Of a DNA stretch of 64,000 bases, positions 1 through 15,220 are shown piece after piece. Under the pieces are notes generated by a model. The model had not been told where the DNA came from and searched no databases. It was given only the letters and a program-made list of their open reading frames with translations. This DNA comes from the human T2T-CHM13v2.0 reference genome, Homo sapiens, in assembly GCF_009914755.1 (NCBI RefSeq), contig NC_060936.1. One strand, 5' to 3'. The translations under genes were made by a program, and so were the position numbers. The first letter of the stretch is position 1, and the number at the start of each line of letters is the position of its first letter.

Positions 1-240
1 CGCCAGCCCGAGTCCGCACCTTCCATCCTTTCGTCGGCTGGACCCTTAACAATGTCAGACTAGAGGAAGCAAGTTTAAAAGTCATGGGTGACAATTTTCA
101 CTTCCAATACGTGGGATGCTGAAGATCTGAGGTCCAGCCGTGCTCCTCCTCTGGCTTGCTCTGTGGTCCTGGCAAATCAGATTAACTTTCAGGCCTGGGT
201 CAAGCGGAGGGGATGATGCGAAATGCTGTCAATCGGTTCA
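1..240. promoter_or_regulatory. Probable CpG-island shore (island likely lies upstream of the window)
   Basis: About 10 CpGs in the first 240 bp (5 in the first 40 bp) in non-Alu sequence, then an abrupt switch to AT-rich, CpG-poor DNA. Confidence 0.45.
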
Positions 241-660
241 TAGAGGAAACTTTGAAAATGCTGAGTCCTTAGAAAGCAGCAATGGTTTTACATGGTTATA
301 AAGCACACTCCTTAGTGAGTTTCTACACACACGCAATGTATGTATTTTGGAAACATCCAATTATATTTCTGTGTATGGCATATTCTAAATTCTATGTCAG
401 CATAAATAATATGATGTATATCTACAGTGTTTATGTATGTGCATAATTTTGTGTACATAAACATTGTATTTATGTAACACGCACATTTGAAGTGTCTATT
501 AAATGTATATATTAATATATTTGCAAAGTTTTATCTCTTGTTCATGTCACAAATATAAACTCTACTGGGTGTTCATAATTAATATATAATGGCTATCAGC
601 AAAGCCTATGTGTATAAACTGCATAATTTATAATGATGCAGACATGAGGTATCTTTAATA

Positions 661-775
661 TAGGACTAGTAACGTATAAAGGTAAAGCAAACAAGGTGCT
701 TAGGGTGCAAAATCTGAGGAGTCCACCGCTCAGGTTCCTGCAAAGGCCGCTTGTCTCACCCTAGTACTGGTCCTG
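661..775. mobile_element. MER96-like hAT MITE remnant
   Basis: aaggtgcttagggtgcaaaatctgagga...tctcaccctagtactggtcctg resembles the palindromic MER96 consensus; partial terminal inverted repeats. Confidence 0.55.
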
Positions 776-2239
776 ATAAAAATGCCAGTTTCTCTTATTA
801 TCTTCATCGCAACCAGAAACTATTACTCATTACTAAGTGCCAGGCACTGTTTTATGCACTTTAAATATATTAACCAAGCTAAAGAAATGTCATGACTACA
901 AATAACATGAATTCTAAGTGAATTACAGGAAGTTGTGACTAACAAGTAAAATGTTTTGAAAGCCGTAACTCAAAAGTCCCAGCTAGACATGGCCTCTAAT
1001 GAAGACTTCTGCAGTGAAGTGATGAGTCCATATCTCCCAGGAAGTCATGGCACCTAAGCTAAATCCAGCAGTCTTTCCTGTACATTAATTGTTTTTCTTT
1101 AATACACACTGTATCAAGGGTTCTACTGATCTCTCTCCACATTGGAGCAGCGTGGCAGGATATACGCTCCAAAACTTTCTGCCTAGATGATGGACAGACT
1201 TCAAAAAGAAGAATGATATGTATTTTCATTTTCTATATTACCGTTACTACTTTCAAAACTGAGGTAGATAATGGAGCTTATGATAGTCTAACTGTACTTC
1301 AACAAGATAATATGTTTATATTTAAACTCATTCAGAGACCAAGGAAGGGGGATTTACAGAACATATTATCTAGTATCTAGCTACAGGTGATTTACTGTTG
1401 TTCACTGAAATGCAGTTGAAGCACAAGATGGATAATAATATTATATTGTGGTATATATCCTGTTCACATCAGACCTTCGTAATAAAAGCCGAACACCAAT
1501 CTACAGAACCTGTCTTAAATCTGCCATCTAAGATACTGATTGTAAAATAAAATGATCAAAGTGCAGTTTATCTCTATACTGCCTTCCCCTGAGATAGTGG
1601 TATGCAAAGAACTTCCTATTTTTTAATTTATTTACATTCAGTCAACAGAAACATAAATTAAATTAAAAACCTCAGTGTTATGCAGACTGAATAAAGCATA
1701 CCTAATATGTTGCTAAGTAGACTTTTTTAAGGTATTGCAGACTACAGCTTGTATTGTATTTTTATCCAGTGCACCTTTCACTACCTACCAACAACAAAAT
1801 ATGCTGATAAAAATAATAGATTAAAATGAATTTTGCAAACCAGCAATTTCACATGCTACACTCCTGCTGAGAATAAACAGTTTTTACTGGCTCTTTTTAT
1901 TTGACACATGAAATCCAGTATTCCTGCCAACTGATTTCATTTTAAATAATTTCCTAAGGACCCAATGGAAAAAGACCATAAAGGAGTTAACATTGAATAG
2001 AGAGATCACAAATGAATTTTAAGCAAACCTTTTTGTCTTTACAGGCAAGTAATTGTAGAAAAATTAAAGGCCAAACTTCCCTATAAAAAGAGATGCCCTT
2101 GTGTCATAGAATGTAGATGGCAGAAAAGTATGAGGTCTGGGGTGAATCATCCTCTCTTCTAAACACATATACGTACTTAGACTCAAGTTAAAGTGAAGGT
2201 CAAGAGAATCCTTGGAGGGGAAAAGAAGTTCCAGTACTT

Positions 2240-2500
2240 CTCACATTTCTGCTACACCCGGGATTTAGCTGCTGTCTTCTCGGTGCTGCTGTGGCCCCTC
2301 ACACAAACCCCTATTGTGACAGTCATCTTAATGAATTATAATAATTTGTTTGTTGTATGTTTTTGATTGTGTGTGTGTCTACTTGTTATCTTTCCAATGA
2401 GACCATAAACTCCCTGAGAAGAGAAATTGTCCCCAGCTCCTAGCCCAATATTTGGCACTGAGTAGGTGTTCTGTAAATGCCTGGTGAATTTAAATGGATA
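2240..2500 (+). mobile_element. L2 3' fragment
   Basis: gaccataaactccctgag...tggcactgagtaggtgttctgtaaatgcctggtgaat is a typical L2 3' end. Confidence 0.6.
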
Positions 2501-2684
2501 TTGAAAATAATAACGTATGATTTAAAAGAATGAGAGAGGAACTTGGAAGGGGGAAGAAACAATACAGTCACATTTGATTGATGTTGTAGAAATAAGAGCT
2601 GGTTTTAGGTGCAGTTAACACATGGAGATTTTTAAGGTCAACTATTGCACCACCTCCTTTTCCCATTTGGGCCAGTTAATTCCT

Positions 2685-2820
2685 CCACTCATTCATTCAT
2701 TCATTCATTCATTCATTCAGCATATATCTGTTGAGTGCCAACTCTGTGCTAGGCAAATGTTACCTACTGTAGTAGCTGATACCATGAAACACAGGATCAC
2801 TGTCATTTGTTAAGGTCTCA
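2685..2820 (-). mobile_element. L2 3' end with (ATTC)n tail
   Basis: (cattc)n followed by catatatctgttgagtgccaactctgtgctagg. Confidence 0.7.
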
Positions 2821-3889
2821 CTGCAGATATGTCAACAGAGTTAGAGCTGAGCTTCAAGTTTATGCTCAAGCTAAGCCGTGGAGCACTTTTATTTTACCAT
2901 TTAAATGTATCTTGCCATTAACTAAGTAGTTTCAGTCTCTTTAGGCCTCAAAGATTTACTCTAGGATATATTTGACAATATAACCAGATCTTCTTATGAT
3001 TCTGGCTTAATTCTTCAACTTTGCCAGTGATATGCTCAGTGCCACTTATAATTATGCTGAAGTGGTCCTCATTTTCCCCAAGAGTTTCAGATTAGACTGG
3101 AGACCCACGGCCAGGATACTTATCTTTTTCTGTACTTCATTCTATGGTGAATGTCTTGTTTTCCTTCAACAAATAATATGTACTTCTAATATGATCAAGG
3201 GAAACTGGGAATAAAAATTGGGTTGTCTTGCAGTCTCAGTCTTAAAATATGTTGAAAGTGGTATCATATGACCACTTATATAGATTATAAAAAACATTTC
3301 TTTGTCTTTTCAATCAATGACAAAGAAAATTCCCAAAAGTGTTTTAAAACAAAACTAACCTTTTCACTAAAGTGAAGATAAGTAGGCAGATGTCTTTTAA
3401 AGCTGTACAAAGCCTCAGATTTCTTTCTTTCTTTTTTTCTTTCCCATTTACACATAATTTCTGGATGCAGGGTGGTGAGGCCATTCAGTAAGATGGAGTA
3501 TAGAAGTTTTGCTTAAAATAGGAATAAAAAGGAGCTTTTTGCCCCTTGTAATTTCTCCTTATTAAGCTGACAAAAGCATCTATTTTAGAATTCTGTTAAA
3601 AGCAAGCTTGTTTGCTGATAGGTCAAAGAAGAGAAACAGTGAAATTATAAGTAAGAGACCCATTTGTTCTAGCCATGTTGCTGTCAGGACGGTATTATCC
3701 CTTTCAATGGGCTTTCTGATTATAATGATAGAACTGACAGTGGATTCAGCATGTATCTTAAAAATATGATTTATAATTGAGCAGTTCATCAAAACAGGTA
3801 CTGGTCTTATCACAAGTTCAATAAACACTGTTGAAAATTCAGTCTTATGTTTCTACTTTCATTAATTAATTCTATCTTATTTTATCCTT

Positions 3890-4580
3890 GCAGTCCCTTT
3901 CTTCTCCTTACATTTCTACACCTAAATATGAAGTATAGGCATTGTCATCATTTCTAGACTGTACCAAATTGTCTTTGCATAGTTTACCATTGCTTAACCA
4001 CAGGATACACTCCATAAATCTTTTTTCATAAATCAATCCTTCCCTTCCATTAATCATTTTCATTATTTATCTCTGACTTCCCTCCAAGATTGTCAACACT
4101 GCTTGTTTATTTAGGTGCTTGAAATTGAATACAGTGGTCTGGGAGTAATTCTAGCTACAGTTGTATGAGAGGCCATAGCCTCCCTTCCCCCTCCGGGCTT
4201 CCACACTGACTCACACAGTCCTGTTGTCTTTTTGTGGTTAATATTCACTGTAAATTTGTCCACATTTCTCCTGGTGCTCCCTCCTTCTTTGATTACTACT
4301 AACAATCCCAGTTTTCCAGATTCTCTTCTTCAATGAATGCTTCTGACATGATTTTTTTTGGCCACATATTTGTTTGCATCTTTCTGAAAACAATTTCATT
4401 TTTTTCATCCCTTATTTCTGACTTGTTTTGGTTCTTCCGAACCATACTGCTGTCCATATCCTGGCCATTTCTCAAAGCTTGTAACACCTCCCAATTTAGT
4501 CTTTTCAACAACTGCCATGAGCATTCTGTTCATTCTCTTTTCTGGATTATTAATGCATACATAAAATACAAACTATGGTG
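3890..4580 (-). mobile_element. Ancient CR1/L3-type LINE ORF2 (RT) fossil
   Basis: Minus-strand translations INNPEKRMNRMLMAVVEKTKLGGV (4554-4483; cf. CR1 INDL..G...L.KFADDTKLGGV), HCIQFQAP (4136-4113; cf. YCVQFWAP) and KMINGREGLIYEKRFME (4060-4010; cf. KMI.GLE.L.YEERL.E), in the correct order. Confidence 0.75.
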
Positions 4581-5208
4581 ACTTGCTAAGAGACAGACCC
4601 TCGGAACTGCACAGAATGCCACTGTTGTTACCTTTTACAGATGGCAGCTTCAGCCTCCTTCAGTCTGCGTGGCTGTGTTGTTATCAAGGCTATGTGGAAT
4701 GAAGGTGTCGGGGGAAATTGCATAGCATGTCAAATTAAATGTTTTGTTCAAGTCTGAATATGATGCAGACGTCATACTATGTTCCAGTCACTAGCTCATC
4801 TCTTCTCCGTGGATAAACAAAGCTCTATAAAATCTGATCTTGCTTCATGGGGGTTTGGGGTGGGTAGTCTGGTTTTATTTTATAGTTTGGCTCAGTTTGA
4901 AGTTTGTTTTGGTTAAGTTCTTGAGCACCCCTCCCTCAGAGAATTTTTTTACTTCAGGTGATGCATTTTGGTGTGTCAAATGCACATCCAGGGGAGCTGA
5001 AGAGAATATCATAAATAGTTCAAAAATATGTAGCAGTAGGTGCATATTCTGAATGCTCTGCTGGTGCCCATGGTCCTGAGGTTGGGGTTTCCTTCAATTG
5101 AAAGATCAGAAAGTTCCCTGCACAGCCCTGGGGGTGAGAGTTTAACCCTGTGGCTTTTCTTAATGCTTATTTCCAACCAATTCCACTTCCAAGGTTTGCT
5201 TTAAGGTT

Positions 5209-5250
5209 TTTGTTGTTGCCGTTGCTGTTGTTGTTGCTGTTGTTGTTTTT
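5209..5250. repeat. Imperfect (GTT/GCT)n trinucleotide microsatellite
   Basis: ttgttgttgccgttgctgttgttgttgctgttgttg. Confidence 0.85.
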
Positions 5251-6519
5251 AACTCAGGCTTCATCTTCACACTGTCATAAAAACTGAGCAACTATGTGGA
5301 GGGAGAAAGCTTTGTAACTGACTGTCAGCAGCCATGCATCCATCTCCAGGGGCATGACGTACATTGTATTTCTGTGATTGGTGCCCCTCAATCCCAGCAC
5401 ATTGGGAATGGCGCCACAGGGGTTAGGCAGTCTGGAGGTGCTCTGGTTCTTTGGCTGTTTATAACCCTAATTATGAGAATCAGATGAGATAATTGATGTA
5501 AATGTATAATATGAATTCAATATTTTAAAAATAAAGAGAAAAAGATAGGTATTTGTCCTAATTTTCCTTTTCTTTTTAGCAATTTATGTTACATGGGCAA
5601 GAATGTTGTTTTTCCCAGCTCCTACTAATCTTTAATCCTTCCTTGAACAAAAGAATGAAATAACTATTCTTCAATATATGCTCTAGTAATTGATTTGCAT
5701 ATTCCTTGACAGAATCCCTAATATTTAAATATTCTGTAACTCCTTATTTAAAGCCCTTCGTGTTTGTGCTTTTCACTTTTCTGTTTGCCGTTGGCTTCTT
5801 CCCTCCATTTCTTGCCATTCTTGCACATCCTTTTAGTTATTTCTAGGCCATGTTCCAAGCCATAAGACAATCACACCTATTAGGAACACAGACAAGAACC
5901 ATGAACTAATAAAGCTCAGAGGTCTAAGCAGCTGAAGGAGATATTACAAAGTCCATCTATTAAAATGCATGTATGCTATTTAAAGTGAGGCCCAACTCAG
6001 AGCCCATGAACACTTTGCCTACTCTTCTCATAAAAATGTTGTTAGCTGACATATTAGGCCAATGAATTGGAAGTGGAACAGAGAGTTTCTTCCTCCAAGT
6101 CAGCATTCTGAGTGTTGTCAACAATGTAATCTATAAAGGAAGCCAGAAAAACAAAACTACTAAAACCTGCAGGATGAAGTCATTAAATTGAGAACAAATA
6201 GCCTCAAATGTATGTACCTCAAATGACTCTAATGATACTACCATGACATGCCACTGTTTAGTTAGTAACTGCAGTTCATAATAATGGTATGTTCATTGTA
6301 GTCATGTCATTTCCTGGTGAAGTAGTGAAGTACAGAGTATATTTTAGATGGATTTCTATCTAAAATTATTTTTTTATTTTTGTAGCTAAAAATAGCTGTT
6401 AATTTTTAAAGACTATTTAGAACAACTCAATCTGCAAAAGACAGCCTAGTTTTTCTATAAATGACAATATATTTCTCATGTCCTGTTTAACATATGCATA
6501 TCCATTCCCATCCTTCTGA

Positions 6520-6835
<316 letters not shown>

Positions 6836-7431
6836 TAGAGAATATAAATTCTTTAGTAGCAAGAACTGGTTCTTCAACTTGATTTGGATATACAATGGCT
6901 ATCTGAGCACACAAAATAAGAGTTTAAAATCCTAAACTTTCAGAATGAAAGGAATCTCGGAGATCACAGTAATCCAATCCATTTACTTTACAGAAATGTT
7001 AACTATATGTACCAACATTTTCTCTAAGCTAATAAGGCATTTTCCTCCCAAACTGTACAAAAATGCATGTAGCAAAATGGAAATCTCTTACCCAAACAGA
7101 ATCCCTAACGCCCCAGTCTTCCCCTCGTAAAATAGGCAGTTACCAGTTTCTTTTGTGAAAATACTCTACGTAAATACAAGTACACACTTGAGCTTTATAA
7201 AATACAAATAATGGCATGAGAGACTTCTTTGCAACTTGATTTTTTAGGCTAAAATCATATATTTAAAAATAATAAATATGTATTCACTGAAAATTATAGA
7301 CACTAGAATTAAGCTCCCTCATAACATTACCTAAAGTTTAGTACAAATGAGTCACTAATACACAAAATATACACTTACAGATTTACTTCAGGCTATACAA
7401 ATGCCTCCTTTCCCTTTTGAGGATGTGATAA

Positions 7432-7848
<417 letters not shown>

Positions 7849-7922
7849 TGTATTCTTAATATTCTAATTATTCAACATTATTATAGTGTTAGAACTAAAA
7901 AAGAGACCCCAAGATCCATTTA

Positions 7923-8192
7923 ATATGGTGTTTTCAAACTGCAGGTCAGATGTGAGAAGTGGGTCCTAACATCAATCTAGTGGATTACAATCAGTATTTT
8001 TTTAGAAACCATTTTTGAAACAGTATTTTTTAAATGAAATAAAAATGAAAAGAAAATATCAGTATGCATCCCATTTAACAAGGGTAAAAACTGTTTCATA
8101 ATAATTTTCATTTGTTGTGTGTGTCTATACTGGGTTGTGATATAAAATGTCCATCTAGCTGTGGATCACGGGCATGAACTTGAAAGTCACTG
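7923..8192. mobile_element. hAT-Charlie (Charlie4-like) non-autonomous element
   Basis: Ends ggtgttttcaaactgcaggtc ... ttgaaagtcactg form an imperfect TIR; internal gtgggtc...atcaatctagtgg motif. Confidence 0.6.
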
Positions 8193-8929
8193 ATTTAATT
8201 CAGCCTTTGGCTTCTAATGAGGTAAAACTATAAGTGTTCTCAGAGAAAGAGGTGTCTGTGCATTCCTGAGAACAAGCCTCTCACAAAGAACCATCTTCAT
8301 TCTGGCTCATTATTTGAAGTACAATGTCACTTTCTCTTTTCATCAAGATTATTGGGGTACAGGCTTAATTCCAAACTTACTCTTTGCAACATAACTTTAC
8401 CCAGTCAACTAATTGATCAAAACCCAGTAGAAATCCATCTTAATCATTAGCCATCATTATTATTATTTCAATTATAGGAGCACAGGGATAACAGGAAAAC
8501 TTAGCTTCATCTACAAATGGCTTTCACATTCTTTGAGCTAGCCCCTTTCCTCCTCAGAATCAGTGAGGCAGAAGCCTGCTGACCCAGCGACAAACCCTGA
8601 GGCACATCCAGAGAACTGACAGTCTCGATCTGGTCAAACCAAAAGAAGTAGTACAATTGTACTGAAAGGCTTAATGAAGGCTATATCTCTCTTTGCCACC
8701 ATCTTTCCTCTGTCTGATGGAGTTGAGTGCAGAAATCATAATGGGAAGAAAGAAGTTACGTCTGAAATTTTGTGTTTTACTAGAGGCAATAATGGGGTAG
8801 AATGTGGGTGTGGGGGTCAAGAAATGTGTGTCTGGCTTGAATCTGAGTTTGGTGACAAGGCTTTCAAGTCTTCCAATTGCCCCAGCTCTTCATGTCTTCA
8901 TTTCTAAAACGAGGGACTGTGCCACAGCA

Positions 8930-9170
8930 GTTTAGCCATGAATTATCATCATAGCTGCACTTGTATGACCCTTGCTATGTCACAGGCTCAAGCATTTTAC
9001 ATAATTGGCTGATTTAATCATCCCCATAACACTAACAGGTGGGAAATTTTCCCTTATGTTACAGGTGGATTTGCACAGATGAGTAGCAGAGAGGTCAAGT
9101 AACTTGCCCAAAATGACCCAGTTAGCAAGTGGCTCCAGATGCTGTGCTCTCAATGTCATGCAATGTTGCC
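8930..9170 (-). mobile_element. MIR
   Basis: Core gaggtcaagtaacttgcccaaaatgacccagttagcaagtgg. Confidence 0.75.
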
Positions 9171-9455
9171 TCAGCAGAGATCTTTTTAAAAATCACTTGT
9201 CCTATCCCCAACTACTCTCCAAAGCCTATGTTACTGAAGATATTTTCTACTAAATAAGCCATATTTGCTAAATTTCATTTTCCATTTTATTAATCAGAGA
9301 TGTATCATATGGTCAGAGTTTCTGATCAGCATAAAATAAGTTACCACACACATTTACATAATTCCTGCCCAATGTGAAATTCAGTGTTTAGGTTAACCTA
9401 GTAGTTGTATCATGTATGATTTCTCTTAGCCCAGGAATCTCAATTAAGACTTGGG

Positions 9456-10022
<567 letters not shown>

Positions 10023-10486
10023 AAGGGCTGCTTGCTGGAGGATGGCAGAGGGAAGGAGAGACATGGAAGCTCCATTCCTACCATTACTCCCCAACTTTGC
10101 CATGTTTCACTAGAAGAACTTCCCTCTCCTGGTCTCTTGTGAAGTCCAGGCAAGCCCCTCTTATACCTTTCCATTAATGTTTCCAGTATTTCTACATTGT
10201 AATGCTCCTGCACATACAGCAAGACACCATCTGGGCAAAGCCACTGTCTTTGTGCAATGACAGAGCCTGTTCTTCACAGTCAGAGCCTGAAGGACACATC
10301 TGTGCCAGGGCAAACCCCCTACCAGCCCGCTACATTTCAAGGAATTGCCTTTGCTCTTTCCTTTGTTCTGGGAGAGGTCAGGGAGACATCCTCACAGGAT
10401 AACCAGAGAGTGGCAGAGCAAAACCTCATGACACATGTCGAATGAGGTTTTTGATCCATATTCATTGGCTCTTTTAAAAATATGTA

Positions 10487-11190
10487 TCAAAAAATCATTA
10501 TGAAATACCACTTCACATCCTCAAGGATTGCTAAAATTGAAAAGACAGGTAATACCAAGTGTTGGTGAAAATGTGGAGAAATCAGAACCCCCACACACTG
10601 CTGGTGGAAATGTAAAATGGTACACTGTGGAAAACACCTAGGAGTTCCTAAAAAAGTTGAACAGGGAGTTACCATATGATCCAGCAGTGCCACTCCTGGC
10701 TACATACCCAATAGAATTAAAAACTTGCCTACACAAAAACCTTTAGATAAATGTTCATAACCACATCATTCATAACAGCCCAAAACTGGAAAAAAATATA
10801 CATCAAACTGATGAATGGATAAGCAAAATGTGGTATATTCTTAAGGCAGAAAGGATTGAAGTGCTGACATATGCTGCAACATGGATGAAACTTAAAAACA
10901 CACTAAAAGAAAGAAAAGTCACAAATGGCTACCTATTATAGGATTTCATTTATTTAGAATGTCAAGCATAGGCAAATCTATAGACAGAAAGTAGATTTGT
11001 GGTTGCCAGGGGATGGTGGTAGAAGGAAATGGGGAGTGTCTGCTAATAAATAAGCTTCTTTCTCAAGTGATGAAAATATTGTGAAATTAGATAGTGGTGA
11101 CAGTTGCACAATTATGTGACTAACTAAAAACCACTTGAACACTTAAAGGTCTAAATTTTATGATATATCTCAATAAAGCTATTATTAAAG
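10487..11190 (+). mobile_element. L1M (L1MB/MC-type) 3' fragment
   Basis: ORF2 tail (gaaataccacttcacatcc, ccaagtgttggtga, gatccagcagtgccactcctgg), 3'UTR and ctcaataaagc poly(A) signal. Confidence 0.9.
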
Positions 11191-11689
11191 AATAAATATG
11201 AATGGAGTTTCTACCTTGTGGCAGACACTTTTCCAGCCATTGAGGGGATTCCACAATGTACAAAGAAGACAGTGTACTTGATCTCATGGAATTTGCAATT
11301 CTGGTAAATAAATAAGCAAATGAAAGTGAACTGCATGCTCCTGCATATAGAACCACTGGAGCGAGCCCAGGGCACAGACAGTGTTCAGTCCACATTCACA
11401 TGGACTCCTGCCAGACATTCTTGCCCAGTGTGGCTCCGGGACACTCACATGGGCCCCCTCACAGGTCTCCTCTCAGAGCCACCACACAGCAGCTCCCTGG
11501 CCAAGGCCCCAGTTCAGAAACTCACCCGCAGCTCCAGGAATCCAAGCTCTTCATGGATCCAGCTTGCACTCTTCTTTCAGCCTCCCTGGTTTCTTCTACT
11601 CACTCACTTTTACCCTTATTTGTTCATTTAGCAAATTATTTAACACGTATTTACTGAGGGCTATAGTAGCTAGAATGCTTTGGGCCAAA

Positions 11690-12160
11690 ATATATAGATA
11701 TGTGAGACTATTTTAGGCTCAAAACTGTTTAAACAATAAGGACAATTATTGTTTCCTGAACAAGATGCCCACACTGCAAGCATGGGGCTCTGTTTCTCTA
11801 GTCCATTTGGTTCTACCCTCACCAGTGTGTTATCATTGTCCTCAGGCAGCCATTGAGGGCAGCAACAATGGGGGCACAGCTTTCTTGGTTACATCTAGCA
11901 AGAAAGAGAGAGGAAAAAACTATCCTTTAACCATGGAATAGAAATCCGTGTTTTCAACCTATCTGGGCCAATCTAGATCAAGTATCTTCAGGTGGCGGTG
12001 AAATGCCGTGAGTTGATTGATCTCAGCCACACTCCTGGGCCAGTCACTCCAGAGGAGTTGGGGATTCCCAGGATTGATTGAGGATGAAATCCTAGAGCTG
12101 GAGGAGGAGCTAGCACTCCCTGAAGCCTGTGGGATACATAGGAAGGAGGAAGAAGGAAGG
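11690..12160 (-). mobile_element. Old MaLR LTR (MLT1J/K/L-like)
   Basis: Diverged motifs (gattgatctcagcc, ctgggccagtcact, cctagagctggaggag) typical of antisense MLT1. Confidence 0.5.
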
Positions 12161-12261
12161 GATTCCGTCTGATTTTCTGTTCATTATAGATTATTTACCG
12201 GTCTGCTCCTTAAGCTCATACCAGGTACTAAGTGCTTTTCTGTGTGCTAGGGATAGTTTAT

Positions 12262-12576
12262 CTTATTTATTTATGTATTTATTTCAGAGACAGGGTCTCA
12301 CTCTGTCACCCATGCTGGAGTGCAGTGGTGTGATCATAGCTTACTGTATCCTGGAATTCTGGGCTCAAGTGATCCTCCCAACTCAGCATCCTGAGTAGCT
12401 GGGACTACAGGTGTGTGCACCACACCTGGCTAAGTTTTGTAAATTATTATTATTTTTTTTGTAGAGACAGGAGTCTCACTGTGTTTCCTAGGCTGGTCTC
12501 AAACTCCTTGCCTCAAACAATCCTCCCACCTTGGCCTCCCAAAGTGCTGGGATTACAGATATGAGTCCACCTGGTC
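12262..12576 (-). mobile_element. AluJ
   Basis: J diagnostics (gatcatagct, gggctcaagtgatcctccc); TSD ggatagttta. Confidence 0.93.
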
Positions 12577-13439
12577 TAAGGATAGTTTACCTTTTATTTG
12601 ATGAAGGACTATGTTTGCAGTTTAAACTGCCACAAAATCTTCCCCAAGGAACAATGTGTTCTCTCTCCTACTGGTAGCATTTCAAGGTCAATGACACCTG
12701 ATATGGGGTGACATTTAACAACAAATACTTGACACCCCCAATGTCACATTCTATAAGCAGCCACTCCTGCTATGTTTATGACCAACCCTGCCCATATCCC
12801 ACAAGATTCTCACGAGCAGAGGTGTGCCCTCTAGGAGAAAGTCTTCACTTGGCTCCACCCATGGAATATGCTATAAAACTGATGCCAAATTTTCTGCTAG
12901 AAAGCTCTATACTTCACAACCAGAAAGGCTGGGTCAAGCGTTGGTCAAACTATTAGCCTATGTTTCAAAAGTTATTTGGACATCTTGGAAACATCTCAGA
13001 AATATTTTGGAAATCTGAAATTGTTTGGAAATATTTGGATTCTTTGGAAATTGTTAATCTTTTTTGTTTCTTAATTCCTACAATAAGGAGAATTTAAGGG
13101 GTCTGTAAAATATAGAGCTACCCCACTGCCACATACATACATGTCATGATTTCCCCACTTAACCAAAAATGTGATTTCAGGTGGGATCAAAGTGAATATG
13201 AGCATTAATTCTAAACTCCATGTGTGGTTAATCATAATTATAATCTTGTCTATACAATCTTATAAGTGCAAGGCAAACAGACTTGCCAATATAACTGGTT
13301 GAAGAGAGTTGCAATTAATTGATTAAATTGATAGGCAGCAAATGCAGAGATGCTGGTCTCTCAGGAAAGAAGTTTTCAAAATAATACTGAGACTTAAATC
13401 CAACTGACATTATTATTAACGATACTAATTATGAATAAT

Positions 13440-14054
<615 letters not shown>

Positions 14055-14292
14055 TAGAAATTCAAAAGTGATTGTCAATGGCTGAATTAGAAGGATGGAT
14101 TGCAGGCAGAAACAAATTGAGTGATCTGCAACAAGTTAACAGCGAGAATCAGAATCATCATTAAGGAAATTTCCGGCTGCATTTTTAGAAACAGGGAGAG
14201 TTAACTAATGTAAACTGTCTTTAAGTATTTATGGAAAATTGAATGATGGCAAATTTAAGTAATTTTTCTCAGTGATTTAAAACATCTTTTTC

Positions 14293-14935
<643 letters not shown>

Positions 14936-15009
14936 AACTTATCTTTTTCAAAATGTGCATTATAAACTTTGATTGTTGCTGTCATCTAAAAAGATCTTTA
15001 ATATGTCCA

Positions 15010-15220
15010 TGACGTTTATTAATAGGTTCCATTCGTTTTGTTTACCCAGGCACTCTGTATATAGATTACCTGGTTTTACCCTCTCAATCAACCTATAAGT
15101 GGGAATTATTAATTGCATTTCATAGATAAGGAAGCTAGCTGTAGCTTGGAAGGGTTAACTGTCATTTCTCAGCTCCCACAGGAGAAAGTCATAGAACTGG
15201 GATTAGAAGAGAGCATTATC
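15010..15220 (-). mobile_element. MIR
   Basis: aacctataagtggg...cattttcatagataaggaagc...gggttaactgtcattt...gaactgggattagaa. Confidence 0.6.

Noticed and set aside
4620-4690. Plus-strand acceptor ccttttacag|ATG as a possible exon
   Set aside because: Only a weak donor follows and no partner exons were found
5341-5385. Resemblance to an MHC class II X-X2-Y module
   Set aside because: X box does not match and X2-Y spacing is off; kept only as a generic CRE/CCAAT cluster
11320-11716. Three overlapping ORFs in GC-richer unique DNA and a minus-strand CGG|GTGAGT donor at 11526
   Set aside because: No recognisable protein, no matching acceptor, and ORFs run into L2 sequence
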